A stretch of 64,000 nt of DNA, taken from NCBI RefSeq assembly GCF_016433145.1, contig NC_058133.1, forward strand, positions 495,115,252 to 495,179,251, given 5' to 3'. Made by a program: the position numbers and the translations under genes. A model generated the notes under the pieces. That model was not told where the DNA came from, did not search any database, and saw nothing but the letters and a program-made list of their open reading frames with translations. Source of the DNA: Gracilinanus agilis (lineage: Eukaryota). Shown here piece after piece: positions 37,076-49,327 of this stretch (position 1 is the first letter of the stretch; the number at the start of each line of letters is the position of its first letter).

Positions 37076-37768
37076 CCTGCTGAGGGCCCTTTTAATTCAC
37101 AAATTCTCTAGTTCTCTGTGTGAATATGTTAGAGACATGAACTCCAAAGCTATTAAGCCAGCTTTCCTCTCACATATTATTTCATTTGACCTTTACAAAA
37201 ACCTTGAGACTGAGAATGTTATTACTTCCATTTTACAGATATGGAAATCAAGGCTTGGAAAGGTTCATGAACTTACTGTGTTTGGTACTGAGCACCCAGA
37301 AGATCTAGGCAAGGATCTCCTCCCACCCTTTATGGGGCACATTTCACCCGAAATTCCCGTTCTTTTCTCCTACTGCCAGCAGAAAGGCAGTTGAATGATG
37401 CTGGCATGGGGCTGGGGTTCCCCACTAGCTTCAGTCTGGCTTGGTGCCACCCCTTCTACCCACAGTCTTTGTACTACAGCAAAGCCCAGGAGAGCATGAA
37501 TGGAAAAGTACCTGTAAATATGAGGGCTGGCTCCCCCGGCCGGTTCGAGTTTGTTATGTAATACCCTGCGGTGACTTTGAGTTTTTATTAATAACTAAAC
37601 ATCTGTCACAGCTGTAATTAGATTCTCGGTACCACTATTGTGTTCCGACTTAAACCAGGGGGAGGGGGCGGGGAGATGTGAATTATTTAGGAAATTTATT
37701 TTGAATAAATGATAAAGTGCCAGGCCAGGCAGTAAGTTTTTTTTTTTTTTTTTGTCAACTTTTTGCAG

Positions 37769-37966
37769 AGTCTGGGCACCTTCGCTGCTGATCCCTTGAT
37801 GGGCTTACAAATCTCTGGGAAAATAGCGCACCGGCTCCAGCTACCTGATGCGGCTACCAGAGCAACATGGAGAGGGGCCACCCCAGCACCAAGAAAAGGG
37901 AAGCAGAGGGTCCCCCGGAGGGAGCGAGGAGCGGCGGAGAAGCCAGGCCCCCGACTTTCCTACCTG
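37769..37966 (+). other. Candidate 198-nt alternative exon with a GC-AG donor
   Basis: T-rich tract plus ttttgcag acceptor; CCTG|GCAAGT donor; CpG-enriched and TE-free. Confidence 0.35.
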
Positions 37967-39327
37967 GCAAGTTTCCCCTCCAATATTCCTTTCCCAAGCC
38001 CTTCACCTGGAGGAATAAGTTTTCTGGAGGGATTGGTCGCCAGAAATGGGACTGGGTTACAGTTCTTGAGGGAGGAAGTGTGTGGCTGTGTGTTTGTGAG
38101 TGTGGATGTGTGGATGGGGGTTAGGGGGGCAGGATGGGTCTCATGCCAGGTTGGGAGTGGGGAGAGAACGGAGGAGAGGAGACCCTTGTCCAGATCCAAG
38201 TCATGGGGAGTTGGGGAGAATGGACAGCTATCCCAGTTGGAAAGCAGATATTGTAATAAACCTTCTGAGTCTGGCTGGTTTGAATTGATGATATTTACAG
38301 CCCCAGAGGAGAGCTTCAGCACTGCCTGTAGCACTAGCTTACAGAGAGTGGATCTCCTAGGGTGTTTTTCTGCCTTAAGAATGAAAAAAAAAAAACCAGG
38401 GGGGAGGGCGTGGATCCGGGAGGGTGAGACTCCCTCCAGACTCTGGCACCCTATCTACGGGGTGCTGGTGATGCACCTAACACAGGATGAGAAGGATATT
38501 CCACTCACCAGAGGCCCTGGTTTTTCCTGATTCCTGAGCTGGTGTGGGTTTGGGGAGAGTTTGCCTTTTCCTTCTCTCCAACCTGCTTATTAATTTTTCC
38601 GCATGGAGACATTCAAGGTGGTGAGAAATGCTTTCAAAACGTAAAGGAAAGGAGGGGAAATGGAAAAAGCCAAAGCCCCAAATAAAGCCTCCTTTTTCTG
38701 GCTCCTGCCTGCCCCCAGCCCCCCAAAATCACTGCCTCTGATGGGCTTCTGAAGCTTCCCAACAGTCCGAACCCTTTCCAAGAAATGAAAGAAGAGCTGA
38801 AGATGAAACAAAGAGAGGGGGAATGTCAGCTTGGAGCTGGTTTGGCAGGGAGCTGATTTCTGGCCAAGGAATACTGCTGTCAACCAGGAATCTGCCTGTT
38901 GCCGGCTCTGGAAGGAACTGACCAAGGGCTTTTGGAGGCTTATTTTTCTATCTCTTTCAATAGTTCCCATGTGATCTTCGATCTAGAGCTGAGAGGACCT
39001 CAGCCTTCATCCAGCCTAACCTCCTCATTTTATGGAAGAAGAAACTGAGGCTCAAGGAATGGAAGAGACTTGTCCAAGATCACACAAGTTGGATCAGAAG
39101 TGAGATCTGAACCCAGGTCCTCTGATTCTAAAGCCCGGTGTTCTTTCCAGGGAATCATGCTGGTGGACAAAACTGTTTATAGTTTGGGCTTGAACAAGCT
39201 AAGGGGTCATAGGAATAACTGTTAGGGAGAAGATCAGGAAAAGCAGAACAGAGACAACCTTTTAATAATGTCCCAACTTTGAAGAATCCAGCCTTTTGTT
39301 TTTTACTTTTCTACCCAGGAATCAGCA

Positions 39328-39330
<3 letters not shown>

Positions 39331-39384
<54 letters not shown>
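39331..39384. repeat. (GT)n microsatellite
   Basis: Read directly. Confidence 0.97.
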
Positions 39385-39386
<2 letters not shown>

Positions 39387-39699
39387 GGGCATGGTTTGAA
39401 GCAAAAACACAGGCTCAGGAGCCATATAAATCCTGAACCCAATAAATCTCCTTGTAATAGAAATTTGGTATCTGAGAGAAAGAAAAGGAAGGAGGGCACA
39501 GCCAGCTGGTTAATGGGAAATGTTCCATAGTGGAGTGGTTCTTCCTCTTCCTTCTTCCATGAGTCTAACTTTAGAGTGATAGAAGATTGGAGGGAGGCAG
39601 AAAATGAGAGGCTTCAGAGAGCCTGCAGCATTTAGGAAGTCAGGCACGCTATCTCAAGGGCAGATAAAGCACCATGGTTCATCCACTTATAAATGTTAG

Positions 39700-40050
39700 A
39701 TGAGACTTGAAGGGCCATGAAGTCCAATCTCTCTTATTGTACAGGTGAGGAAATTGAGATTCAGTCAGGGGATGTGACTTATAGGATCACAGATCCCAAA
39801 ATGGAAAGCCCTCTGAGATCATCTAGTCTAACTCCCTTATTTTTACAGATAAGGAAACTGAGGCCCATGGAAGGAAATGAGATCCTAGCTTTAGAGAGAG
39901 AAGAGGTGAAAGGCAACTTAGAAGTCATCTATTCTAAACCCATCGTTTTACAGGTGAGGAAACTGAGGCCTGGGGAGGTGACTTGCCCAAGGTCACGTAG
40001 AGAGTGAACACCAAAGGCAGAGTTGGAATTAGATTCTTCCACTTTTGGAT
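39700..40050 (-). mobile_element. Three head-to-tail MIR core units
   Basis: Three repeats of ...atctagtc.aac.c...ttttacag.tgaggaaactgagg spaced ~110-120 bp. Confidence 0.75.
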
Positions 40051-40469
40051 GGGTCTAGGAAGCACTAATGGTTAAAATATCAGTTCCTTATCCTGACATT
40101 CAAAGCCACCTACAGTTCACAGCTGGCTGTAACCTACATTCTAGCTTGTCCTTCATGAACTCCATCTTCCAGTTAAATTGAACAACCATTCCTTGTTCCA
40201 GAATAGCATCTTGCCCTCTCTTTCTTTCATGATTTTGCACATGTTGCTCCACCATGACTAAAACAGATCGCCCTGATCTTGTGTTCCAGTCTCTACATGT
40301 TGGCATCTTTTTCCTCGTTCAAGCTTTACCCTAGAAGCCAAATCCTTCCTTGCACTGAAGGAATTCCTTCTTCCTTGAATCAATCAGTATGTCAATCCAC
40401 ATGCATGTATGTGGTGCCTACTGTGTGCTGGGCACCATGCAATTTTGGGGACAGAAGAGGCAATGTAAG

Positions 40470-43400
40470 ATGGTAGTAGTTGGTGATTTCCTGCTCAGGA
40501 GTGGTGCTGAGGCAGCTATAGGTTAAGTGGATAACAATAATAGAGAGATATGCTATTCTGCCTATGGCATATATCCAAGATGAAACCAATCATCTCCCAA
40601 GAAATCGAAATGGATGACAGCTACCCACTCCTGGGGAATCACGTGGATATAAAGGATATGCCCAAAAGGAATCTAAAAAGTACTGCCAAGGATTATGAAG
40701 TTTCAGGCAAGAAATGGAAGCCCAGAGGGGGCACAAGTTGTCTTTTGAGGTAAGAGATGAAGAAGACAGAAAAAATTAATTTGGGAAGTGAACAGCTGGC
40801 TAAGAAGGTGGTATCTGGGAACGAGGCTTGGATGTCTGGACCACAGCTTAAAAATCGAGTGATGACGGATTCCTGGCCACAGATGGAGTACACCTAACAA
40901 AGACTGGTTGGAATGTATTTTCCAGGTGTCTTGCACATCTAATCAAAAAGGTTTTAAACTAAAAGGGATGACAGAGGGAGTAGACTGCTTGGGTATATTC
41001 CCAAATCTCTAGGGAGAGTAGCCACAAGGAAGGAAGAAGGAAGGATATCAGCTGAAACACTCAGAAATCTATAGGCTACAAAATCCAAGAAAATAAGAGT
41101 AAAATCCATGGTCTTGAGGGTGTATGTAAAAATGTCTGAAGTTTAAACAAAGAGAAAACAGAAGGCTAATGCAAGGAGGCAAAGTTTACCTCCAGGTTTC
41201 ACTAAGATTTGATAGGATAAAAGCCACAACTAATTTGGTTGGGTATATCTTATTTAAAAGAAACATGAGTGGTAAGAGGTAGTGGTGGTAAGGAGAAAGG
41301 CGGGTAGCAGTTGTGTTAAGAAGGTATGTTCAGGGGCAGTTAGATGGCTCAGTGGATAGAGAGCCAAGCCTGAAGATGGGAGGTCATGGATTCAAATCTG
41401 ACCTCAGATACTTCCTAGTTGTGTGACCCTGGGCATGTCACTTAACTCCAATCGCCTAGCTCTGAACACTCTTCTGCCTTAGAACCAATGCTGAGGATCA
41501 ATCCTAAGACAGAAGGTAATGTTTTTTTTTTTTTTTAAGAAGATATGCTCATATGAGAAACCCAGGATCCAGAGGGGGGAAGAATGATAGAGAATATTTG
41601 AGCTGAATGTCAAAGGAGAGAGAAACAAAAAAGACTTTGTCATTGGGTATACCACAGACTATCTGGACAGAGAGGAAACAGATGAATTTGGAAAACTGAG
41701 CACAGTCTGTAACAGAGGCATGATATAGCAGTGACGGGTGACTTCAGTTATCCAGAGATATGCTCTGACAAAAGCAGAGCACTTGATAACTTCCTGACTT
41801 GCCACAGCCATAATTTCATCCATTGAAAGACTGAGGAATGAACAAGGAAAAATTGTGTTCTTAATCTGATCTCACTGCCAGGAAGGAACTGGTTCCTGGA
41901 AGGTAGAAATAACAGGGATCCTGGACTGGAGGTGGGGTGGGTGGAAGAGTCTGCTTCATTCTAGACTTTGTTATGGAGGAGGGAAGGAAGTCTGGGTAGA
42001 ATTTGATATGCAGTTTAGATTTCAGTAAGTCAAAATTCAGAGGAAAGATAGTTAAGATTCCATGAAGTCAAATGCTTCAGGAGTAATCAGTCCAGGAAGG
42101 ATGAGAGATGTTCAAGAATGAGATTCTGAGGACACAAAGGGAAGCAGTTCTAATGAGGAGGAAAAATGGGCTTTGGCTGAAAAGATCAATAACGATGCAA
42201 AGATTACTCATCAAATGACTTAGACCTGAAAGAGAAAGATGGAAACAAAACCATGGAAGGGAGGGTAAAGATCAAAGTATGGTATGGTATTCTAAAAGAT
42301 AATGTGAGGAAAGCTAACACTTAGAATGTGCTGAGGTTGACAAGGGAGACTAGGGACAATGGAAGGAGGTTATTGCATTTTTGCTATGTTAGAAGGAAAA
42401 GGAGGAAGAAGAGAGGAAAAAAGGAGAAAAAGAGAAAAAGATCCCTAGGGCTCTTGCTTGAATTAGGAGGGATGATGATAACTGACGTCAGATAACAGGC
42501 TCAATTGTTGTTTCATTTCTGTTTTCTCTCCAAAGGAGAATGACCTTTATATTAGAAATAACAGAACAAGCATAAGTAGCAGAGAGTTGATACCTAAGAT
42601 AAATAAGGAGATAATAAGAGGGTACCTCTGTCCTGGATGCATTCAAATCCCCTGGCCCAGATGAACTACATCTCAGTTCCTGAAAGAACTGGCAGATTTA
42701 GTTGCTGACCCACTGTTGGTGATATTTGAAAGGTCATGGAAAACAGGAGAGGTATCTAAAGATTGGAGAAGGGCAAATGTTTTGATTTTTCAAAAATGGA
42801 AAGAAAACAGGCTGAAGACTTTGGACCCATGAATTTTACTTTGATTTCTGGGAAAATTCTGGGGTAGATCATTAAAGAGATGGTCAGTGAACATCTTTTT
42901 AGGTAAATGATACAAAGAACTACTATGACTTGGTTGAGAAATGACCATTTAAGACTAACTTCACTGCCTTTCTTTTCTGATGGCATTTTTATATTAGTAT
43001 ATGAAAGGAATGCTGTAGATACATTTTACCTAGACTTTAGCAAAGCCATTGATAGAATATTTCAGACTAGTCTTAAGGAGAAGTTGGATTAGATGATGCA
43101 AACAGATAGATTCAGAGTTCATTAGGCGATCAGATTCAAAGAGTTGTTAATGGTTTAATGTCAACATGGTGGGAAGTCTTCAGTGGAGGGCCCCAGGAGT
43201 CTATTTTATTTAATATTTTTATTAGTTACTTGGATGAAGGAATAGAAGATATGTTCATTAATCTGCGGGTTGCACAAAGCAGGGAGGGATAGTTAACACA
43301 GTGGATGAGAGTATTGGGATCCAAAATGGTCTTGACAAGCTAGATCATTCATTGGGCTAAGTCAAATCAAATTAAATTAAATTGGGACAAATGTAAAATC

Positions 43401-43995
43401 TTGCCTTTTGGTATAAAAAATCAATTTTACAAGTATATACAGTATATGAGAGGGGAGGCATGGTTAGATTGTAGTTATTTCAGAAAATGATCAGGTGGTT
43501 TTAGTGGACTGGGGGCTCAATGTAAGTCATCAGTGTGAGTCAGCATCAAAAAAAAATCCTATGGAATTTAGAACTGTATTAAGAGAGGTTAACCCACTTC
43601 CAGGGTTAGGGAAGTGAGATTTCCATTGTACTCTGGTCTTATCAGACTTCATCTGGAGCAATTGATGGTAAACTGGAATATCCAGGCAACTGGGTTGATG
43701 AAGAATCTTGAATCTATGTTATATGAGGATTGGTCCAAGGAACTAGAGATGTTACCCTGGGAGGAAGACTTGGAGGGAGAACAGAACAAGGAACAATGGG
43801 GAAAAGCTGCAAATAGACCAATTTAGATTTGATATCAGGAAAAGCTTCCTAATGATCAGAGTTGTTCAAAAGTGGAATGAGCTACCTTAAGAGGTGTGTG
43901 TGTGTGTGTGTGTGTGTGGTGGGATTTGACCCTGGAAGTCCCCCAAAAGAGGATGGATAATCATTTGTCAAGTCCATTATGATGGGGATTCATTT
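40470..43995 (+). mobile_element. Near-full-length degenerate L3/CR1 LINE (ORF1 esterase-like region, endonuclease, RT, 3' end), with a SINE1 at 41333-41537
   Basis: Recognisable decayed ORF1 (HVG.ND...WLRRW...DG.HLT), APE start (~41110-41330), RT (~42640-43330), C-terminal PLYSGLIRLHLE and 3' terminus ggtccttccaactct. Confidence 0.85.
41333..41537 (+). mobile_element. SINE1_Mdo-like SINE in the CR1 endonuclease region
   Basis: TSD ttaagaag(g/a)tatg(t/c)tca. Confidence 0.92.
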
Positions 43996-44409
43996 TGTGT
44001 ATGGCTTGAACCAGCTGTTTTCTGAGGTCCTTCCAACTCTCAGGTTCTAGGATTCCCTGAAGCAAGGAAAAAGAGCCCATTTGATTGGACTATCGAGTTC
44101 AGGAAGGAGAATAATATGTGAGGGAGCTGGAAAGGTTGGATCTCTTGATGTCTTCTGATGTCTCCTGGGCATTGAATCACTTCCTAACTCACTTCATTGG
44201 CATTTGCACATGTGTCACACATTCATTTAACTGTTAGCATCGTTACTGTGAATGGAGACAATCTTGGAAGAGCTGAACAATATTCACAGACATTTTTGTG
44301 TAGTGACTCCTCGGTTATTCTTGGGCTGAGCTGGGGCTACATTCAGTTTAGGGGCCTCAGTACTTAGCTGAAGATTACTGTCCTCGGGTTTCTAGAGCTA
44401 ACCTTGTTA

Positions 44410-44885
44410 TTGTTTTGTTCAATCATTTCAGTTGTCTCTGACTCTTTGTGACCCAATTTGGGTTTGTTTTTTTTTTAGCAAAGATACTGGAGTGGTTTGC
44501 CATTTCCTTTGCCAGCTCACTTCTTTCTCCAAACCCTCACCTTCTGTCTTAGAATCAATATTGTGTATTGGTTCCAAGGCAGAAGAACCATAATGAGTAG
44601 GCAATGAGGATTAAGTGACTCACCCAGGGTCACTCAGCTAGGCCAAATTTGAACCCAGCACCTCCCATCTCTAGGCTTGTCTTTTAATCCATTGAACCAT
44701 CTAGATGTTCCCTCCAGCTCATTTTTAAGATGAAGAAACTTAGGCAAACAGGGTTGTGACTTGTCTAGGGTCACATAGTCTGATGCTGGATTTAAATTTA
44801 GAAATACCTAAGATTACCAAAAGATCCAACAAAACAAAACAAAACAAAAAAAACTAGAAACAAAAAACTGTGCCACCTGGCTGTC
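44410..44885 (-). mobile_element. MAR1 SINE with a nested SINE1 (~44520-44715)
   Basis: ccagctca duplicated around the inner SINE. Confidence 0.85.
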
Positions 44886-45676
44886 CTAGAATTAACCTGA
44901 AAGAAATATAAGAGTTTCTAGCTCCCATTGGTGTGCCACTCTCCATTACCTAAGTGAATTCCATTAACTTTTTTTAAAAAAGGGATTACTAAGAAGGCAT
45001 TGTGCAAACAACTGGTGCAAAATACCCCCTTCCTCAAACAAGAAAACAAACAAACTATTCTCTCTTTGTATATACAAGGTCTCTATGGAAAGTGGTTCAG
45101 AACTGAAATGTATTGGTAGAAGGCATTGTGGGAAATTTGTGTAGCCAAGGGACACTTCCTAACTTCCAGACTTAGAAGTCCTCTTGTTTCTTTGTGAAGT
45201 CCTCTTTCCATTTAGCTTGGTTATCCCTTTTCTAGATTCAGAGGACTTGTGTTCTTCAGGTCCATTGTTAGCACTCGTCCCTCTCCTTCCCCAGGAGTCA
45301 CGCAATCTCATAAGCTGCTGTTGTCCTCAGGCAACAAGCTTCCCACATTTGTCTGCAGGTGCTTTCTACTTGCTTACTCATCTACTTTCTATGCTGGTGG
45401 CCACTGCTACTGCCCCTGGTTGTTAGCTAGTGAGATGTCTGCCGGAACCTGTGGAACTTAATTCACCAAGGAGCCAGAGCATGCTTGTTTCAGGATGGTT
45501 GTTTGCCTAAGATCAGGAAAGAAGACTCCTTCAGTCTTGCAACCCTTGTCCCACACAGAAGCACCATGTGCTCATGGATACACCATAGCTAGATAGGGGA
45601 ATTTGTTCATCTGTGCCCTACTCCTTTTCACCACTTCTGCCTCCCCACAGCTCAAAGTAGCGCTCCTCATTTGGAG

Positions 45677-45849
45677 NNNNNNNNNNNNNNNNNNNNNNNN
45701 NNNNNNNNNNNNNNNNNNNNNNNNNNNNNNNNNNNNNNNNNNNNNNNNNNNNNNNNNNNNNNNNNNNNNNNNNNNNNNNNNNNNNNNNNNNNNNNNNNNN
45801 NNNNNNNNNNNNNNNNNNNNNNNNNNNNNNNNNNNNNNNNNNNNNNNNN
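45677..45849. other. Assembly gap (173 N)
   Basis: Read directly. Confidence 1.
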
Positions 45850-46850
45850 AGAAGGAGAAGGTGTCCTTTTTTATGCACACTCATTTCTGGCTCTATACCT
45901 CCTGAATCATCAATTCTTTTGACTTTGGAGTTAATTAGAAGACTTTTCATCATCACATAGTACCAATTCCTGTATCACCAAGGGTAGAAATTGGCTGTCC
46001 AAAATTTCCACATGGTTGGATTGGAAGGAAGCAGAGAATATATGTAAATGCTTTCCCAGAGGCCAACCCATGCCTATTATATTTGCTCTATCAGAAACAA
46101 GAATTCATAAAGAAGTTGCCGATAAATGGTGGGATAGGTCAAAATTCTTGGAGAGATTATTTAAGACACTGGTGGAGTTGGTAACAGAAATATTATTTCA
46201 AGAATACTTGGTCTCGTTTTGTAGTATTACAATGAAGACAAATAAACTTCCTGCCATGAGAATAATGGCTGATATCTATTGCAGGGAATGATAAAGAGGG
46301 GAAGTTCTAGGGAGAACTTGACAAGTTCCCCCATACCAAGTCAATAAACACCTTATATCTGGTGACATCAATGAAAAAGTGAGCAAAGGGTAGGTCACAC
46401 TTTTGGGGGTAATATGTTTTAAGATCAGGAAAGGAAAGAAACCAAAGGCTTCTAGACTACTTAAAAACCTCATCATTGAGCATCATAAGTACTTTCTGCT
46501 AAATTCCTAAAAAGGATTTTATGCATTCATTGCCTCCAATTCTTCACATGTTCAAGACCAGAACTCTTGCAACTGGTCTTCTGAGCCCAGAAATCTGTGT
46601 GCTGGAATCAATATAGGAAGTATTTGGGTACTGATTGCTAAGACCTCAAAAATGAAGATTCTAAAAGAATGTAAAAGATCATAGTTATTTTGCCAAAAAG
46701 ATTAAAGGTGACTGAGAATATACCAACCCTATCAACATCTATGCCTTCTTTCTACATCTATAAAATTTTTATGAATATGATCTATGACCCCATTGTGGGT
46801 ATCGTTGATGAAAACTTAAAAAGGTAACTGGGAGATTTTTGTAGATGCTT

Positions 46851-49109
46851 TAAAATTTTATTTATTTATTTAGAATATTTTCCCATAGTTACATGATTCA
46901 TGATCTTTCCCACCCCTTTTCCCTCCCTACTCCTGGAAATGACAAGCAATTCCACTGGGTTATACACGTATCATTGTTCAAAACCCATTTCCACATTATT
47001 CCTATTTGCAATAGAGTGATCTATTAATGTCAAAATCCCAATCATGTCCCCATCAGACCATGTGATCAATGATATGTTTTTCTTCTGCATTTCTGTTCCC
47101 ACAGTTCTTTCTCTGGATGGGGATAGCATTCTTTCTCCTAAGTTCCTTAGAATTTTCCTGGATCATTGCATTGGTGCTAGAGGAAAAGTCTGTTACATTT
47201 GATTGTACCACAATGTATCCATCTCTGCCTACAACATTTTCCTGGTTCTGTTCCTTTTGCTCTACATCAATTCCTGGAGGAGTTTCCAGTTCATATAGAA
47301 TTCCTCCAGTTCATCATTTCTTTCAGCACTATAGTATTCCACCATCATCATATACCACAATTTGTTCAGCCATTCCCCAATTAATGGACACCCCCTCATT
47401 TTCCAATTTTTTTTGCCATCACAAAGAGCATGGCTATAAATATTTTTGTACAGGTATTTTTCCTTATTATCTCTTTGAGGTACAAACCCAGCAGTGGTAG
47501 GGATGGATCAAAGGGCAGGCATTCTTTTAAAGCCCTTTGGGCAGAATTCCAAATTGCTTTCCAGGATGTTTGGATCAATTTACAACTCCACCAACAATGT
47601 GTTAGCTTCCCAATTTTGCCACATCCCCTCCAACATCTCTCATTTTCCTTTGCTGCCATATTCTCCATTCTACTTTTTGTGAAGGGGTACCTCAAAGTTG
47701 TTTTGATTTGCATTTTCTAATCAAGAGGGATTTAGAATACTTTTTCATGTAATTATTGATAGCTTTGATTTCTTCATCTGAAAACTGCCTATTCATATCC
47801 CTTGACCATTTGTCAATTGGGGAATGGCTTGATTTTTTTGTAAATTTGACTTAGTTCCTTATATATTTGGGAAATTAAACTTTTGTCATAAAAATGTTTT
47901 CCCACTTCGTTGCTTTCTTTCTCATTTTGGTTGCATTGATTTTGCTTGTACAAAACCTTTTTAATTTAATATAATCAAAATTATTTATTTTATATTTTAT
48001 AATGTTCTCAATCTCTTTCTTGGTCTTAAATGCTTTCCTTCCCCATAGGTCTGACAGATAAACTATTTTATGTTCACTTAATTTATGATTTCACTCTTTA
48101 TATTTAGGCCATTTACCCATTTTGACTTTATCTTGGCATAGGGTGTGAGATGTTGATCTAAACCTGATTTTTCCCATACTGTTTTACAATTTTCCCAGCA
48201 ATTTTTGTCAAATAGTGAGTTCTTGCCTCCCAAAGCTGGGATCTTTGGGTTTATTGAACTCTAGCTTGTGGAGGTCATTTACCTCTAGTCTATTGCATTG
48301 ATCCATCCTTCTCTCTCTTAATTAGTACCATATTGTTTTGATGATCACTGCTTTACATACAGTTTAAGACCTGGTATTGCTAGGCCATCATCCTTCACAT
48401 TTTAAAAATTATTTTCCTTGATATTCTTGATCTTTTTTCATCAAGATAAACTTTGTTATAATTTTTTTCTATAACAAAGTTTCTTGGGAGTTTGATAGGT
48501 AGGGCACTGAATAAATAGATTAATTTGGGTAGGATTGCCATTTTCATTATATTAGCTCATCCTACTCATGAGTAATTAATGTTTTTCCAATTATTTAGGT
48601 CCAGTTTTAATTTTGTGAAAAGTGTTTTGTAGTTGTGTTCATATAATTCCTATGTTTGTTTTGGCAGATAGATTCCTAAATATTTTATATTGTCTAGAGC
48701 AGTGATGGGCAAACTTTTTAAAGAGGGGGCCAAAGGAAAGGAAATGTTCATTTGTCAATCTGTTTCTAAGGCAAATCTTTCAAAGTTTCGTTGTATTGTA
48801 TCCTACTCATTGTATTCCTCAGATTAGGAATAATGTCCTGCAGCTGGATAGAACATTTCAGGGGACCACATCTGACCCTCTGGCTGGGCAGTAGTTTGCC
48901 CATCACTGGTCTAGAGTGATTTTAAATCAAGTTTCTCTTTCTAACTCTTGTTGCTGAGTTTTGTTGGAAATATATAGAAATGCTAATGATTTACATCGAT
49001 TTATTTTGTACTCTGCAACTATGCTAAAGTTGTTCATTTTTTCATTAGCCATTTAGTTGATTTTCTAGGATACTTTAAGTATACCATCATATCATTTGCA
49101 AAGAGTGAT
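46851..49109 (-). mobile_element. 5'-truncated L1 (3'UTR plus ORF2 C-terminal ~2 kb)
   Basis: MQIKTTLRY...CWRGCGKIGKLTHCWWSCKLIQ is the L1 ORF2 C-terminal cysteine-rich region; probable TSD g(t/c)agatgc. Confidence 0.95.
48700..48908. mobile_element. Non-autonomous hAT MITE (209 bp) inside the L1
   Basis: TIRs CAGTGATGGGCAAACT / AGTTTGCCCATCACTG; perfect TSD GTCTAGAG (48692-48699, 48909-48916). Confidence 0.95.
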
Positions 49110-49118
49110 TGCAGATGC

Positions 49119-49327
49119 TTTTTTTTTTTTAGATTTTTTTTTTTAAATTTTAAATCCTTAACTTCTGTGTATTGACTTATAGGTGGAAGAGTGGTAAGGG
49201 TAGGCAATGGGGGTCAAGGGACTTGCCCAGGGTCACACAGCTGGGAAGTGTCTGAGGCCAGATTTGAACCTAGGACCTCCCGTCTCTAGGCATGGCTCTC
49301 AATCCACTGAGCTACCCAGCTACCCCC
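49119..49327 (-). mobile_element. Young SINE1-type SINE
   Basis: TSD tgcagatgc (49110-49118, 49328-49336). Confidence 0.93.

Noticed and set aside
37763-38530. Longest ORF (255 aa) as a protein-coding gene
   Set aside because: It starts at TTG, shows no recognisable domain and runs through (GT)-rich and poly-A low-complexity sequence. Only its first 198 nt is kept, as a candidate exon.
45572-45956. ORFs containing X runs
   Set aside because: They are artefacts of the 173-N assembly gap.
47069-47720. Cluster of 61-143 aa ORFs
   Set aside because: They are L1 ORF2/3'UTR sense and antisense frames.
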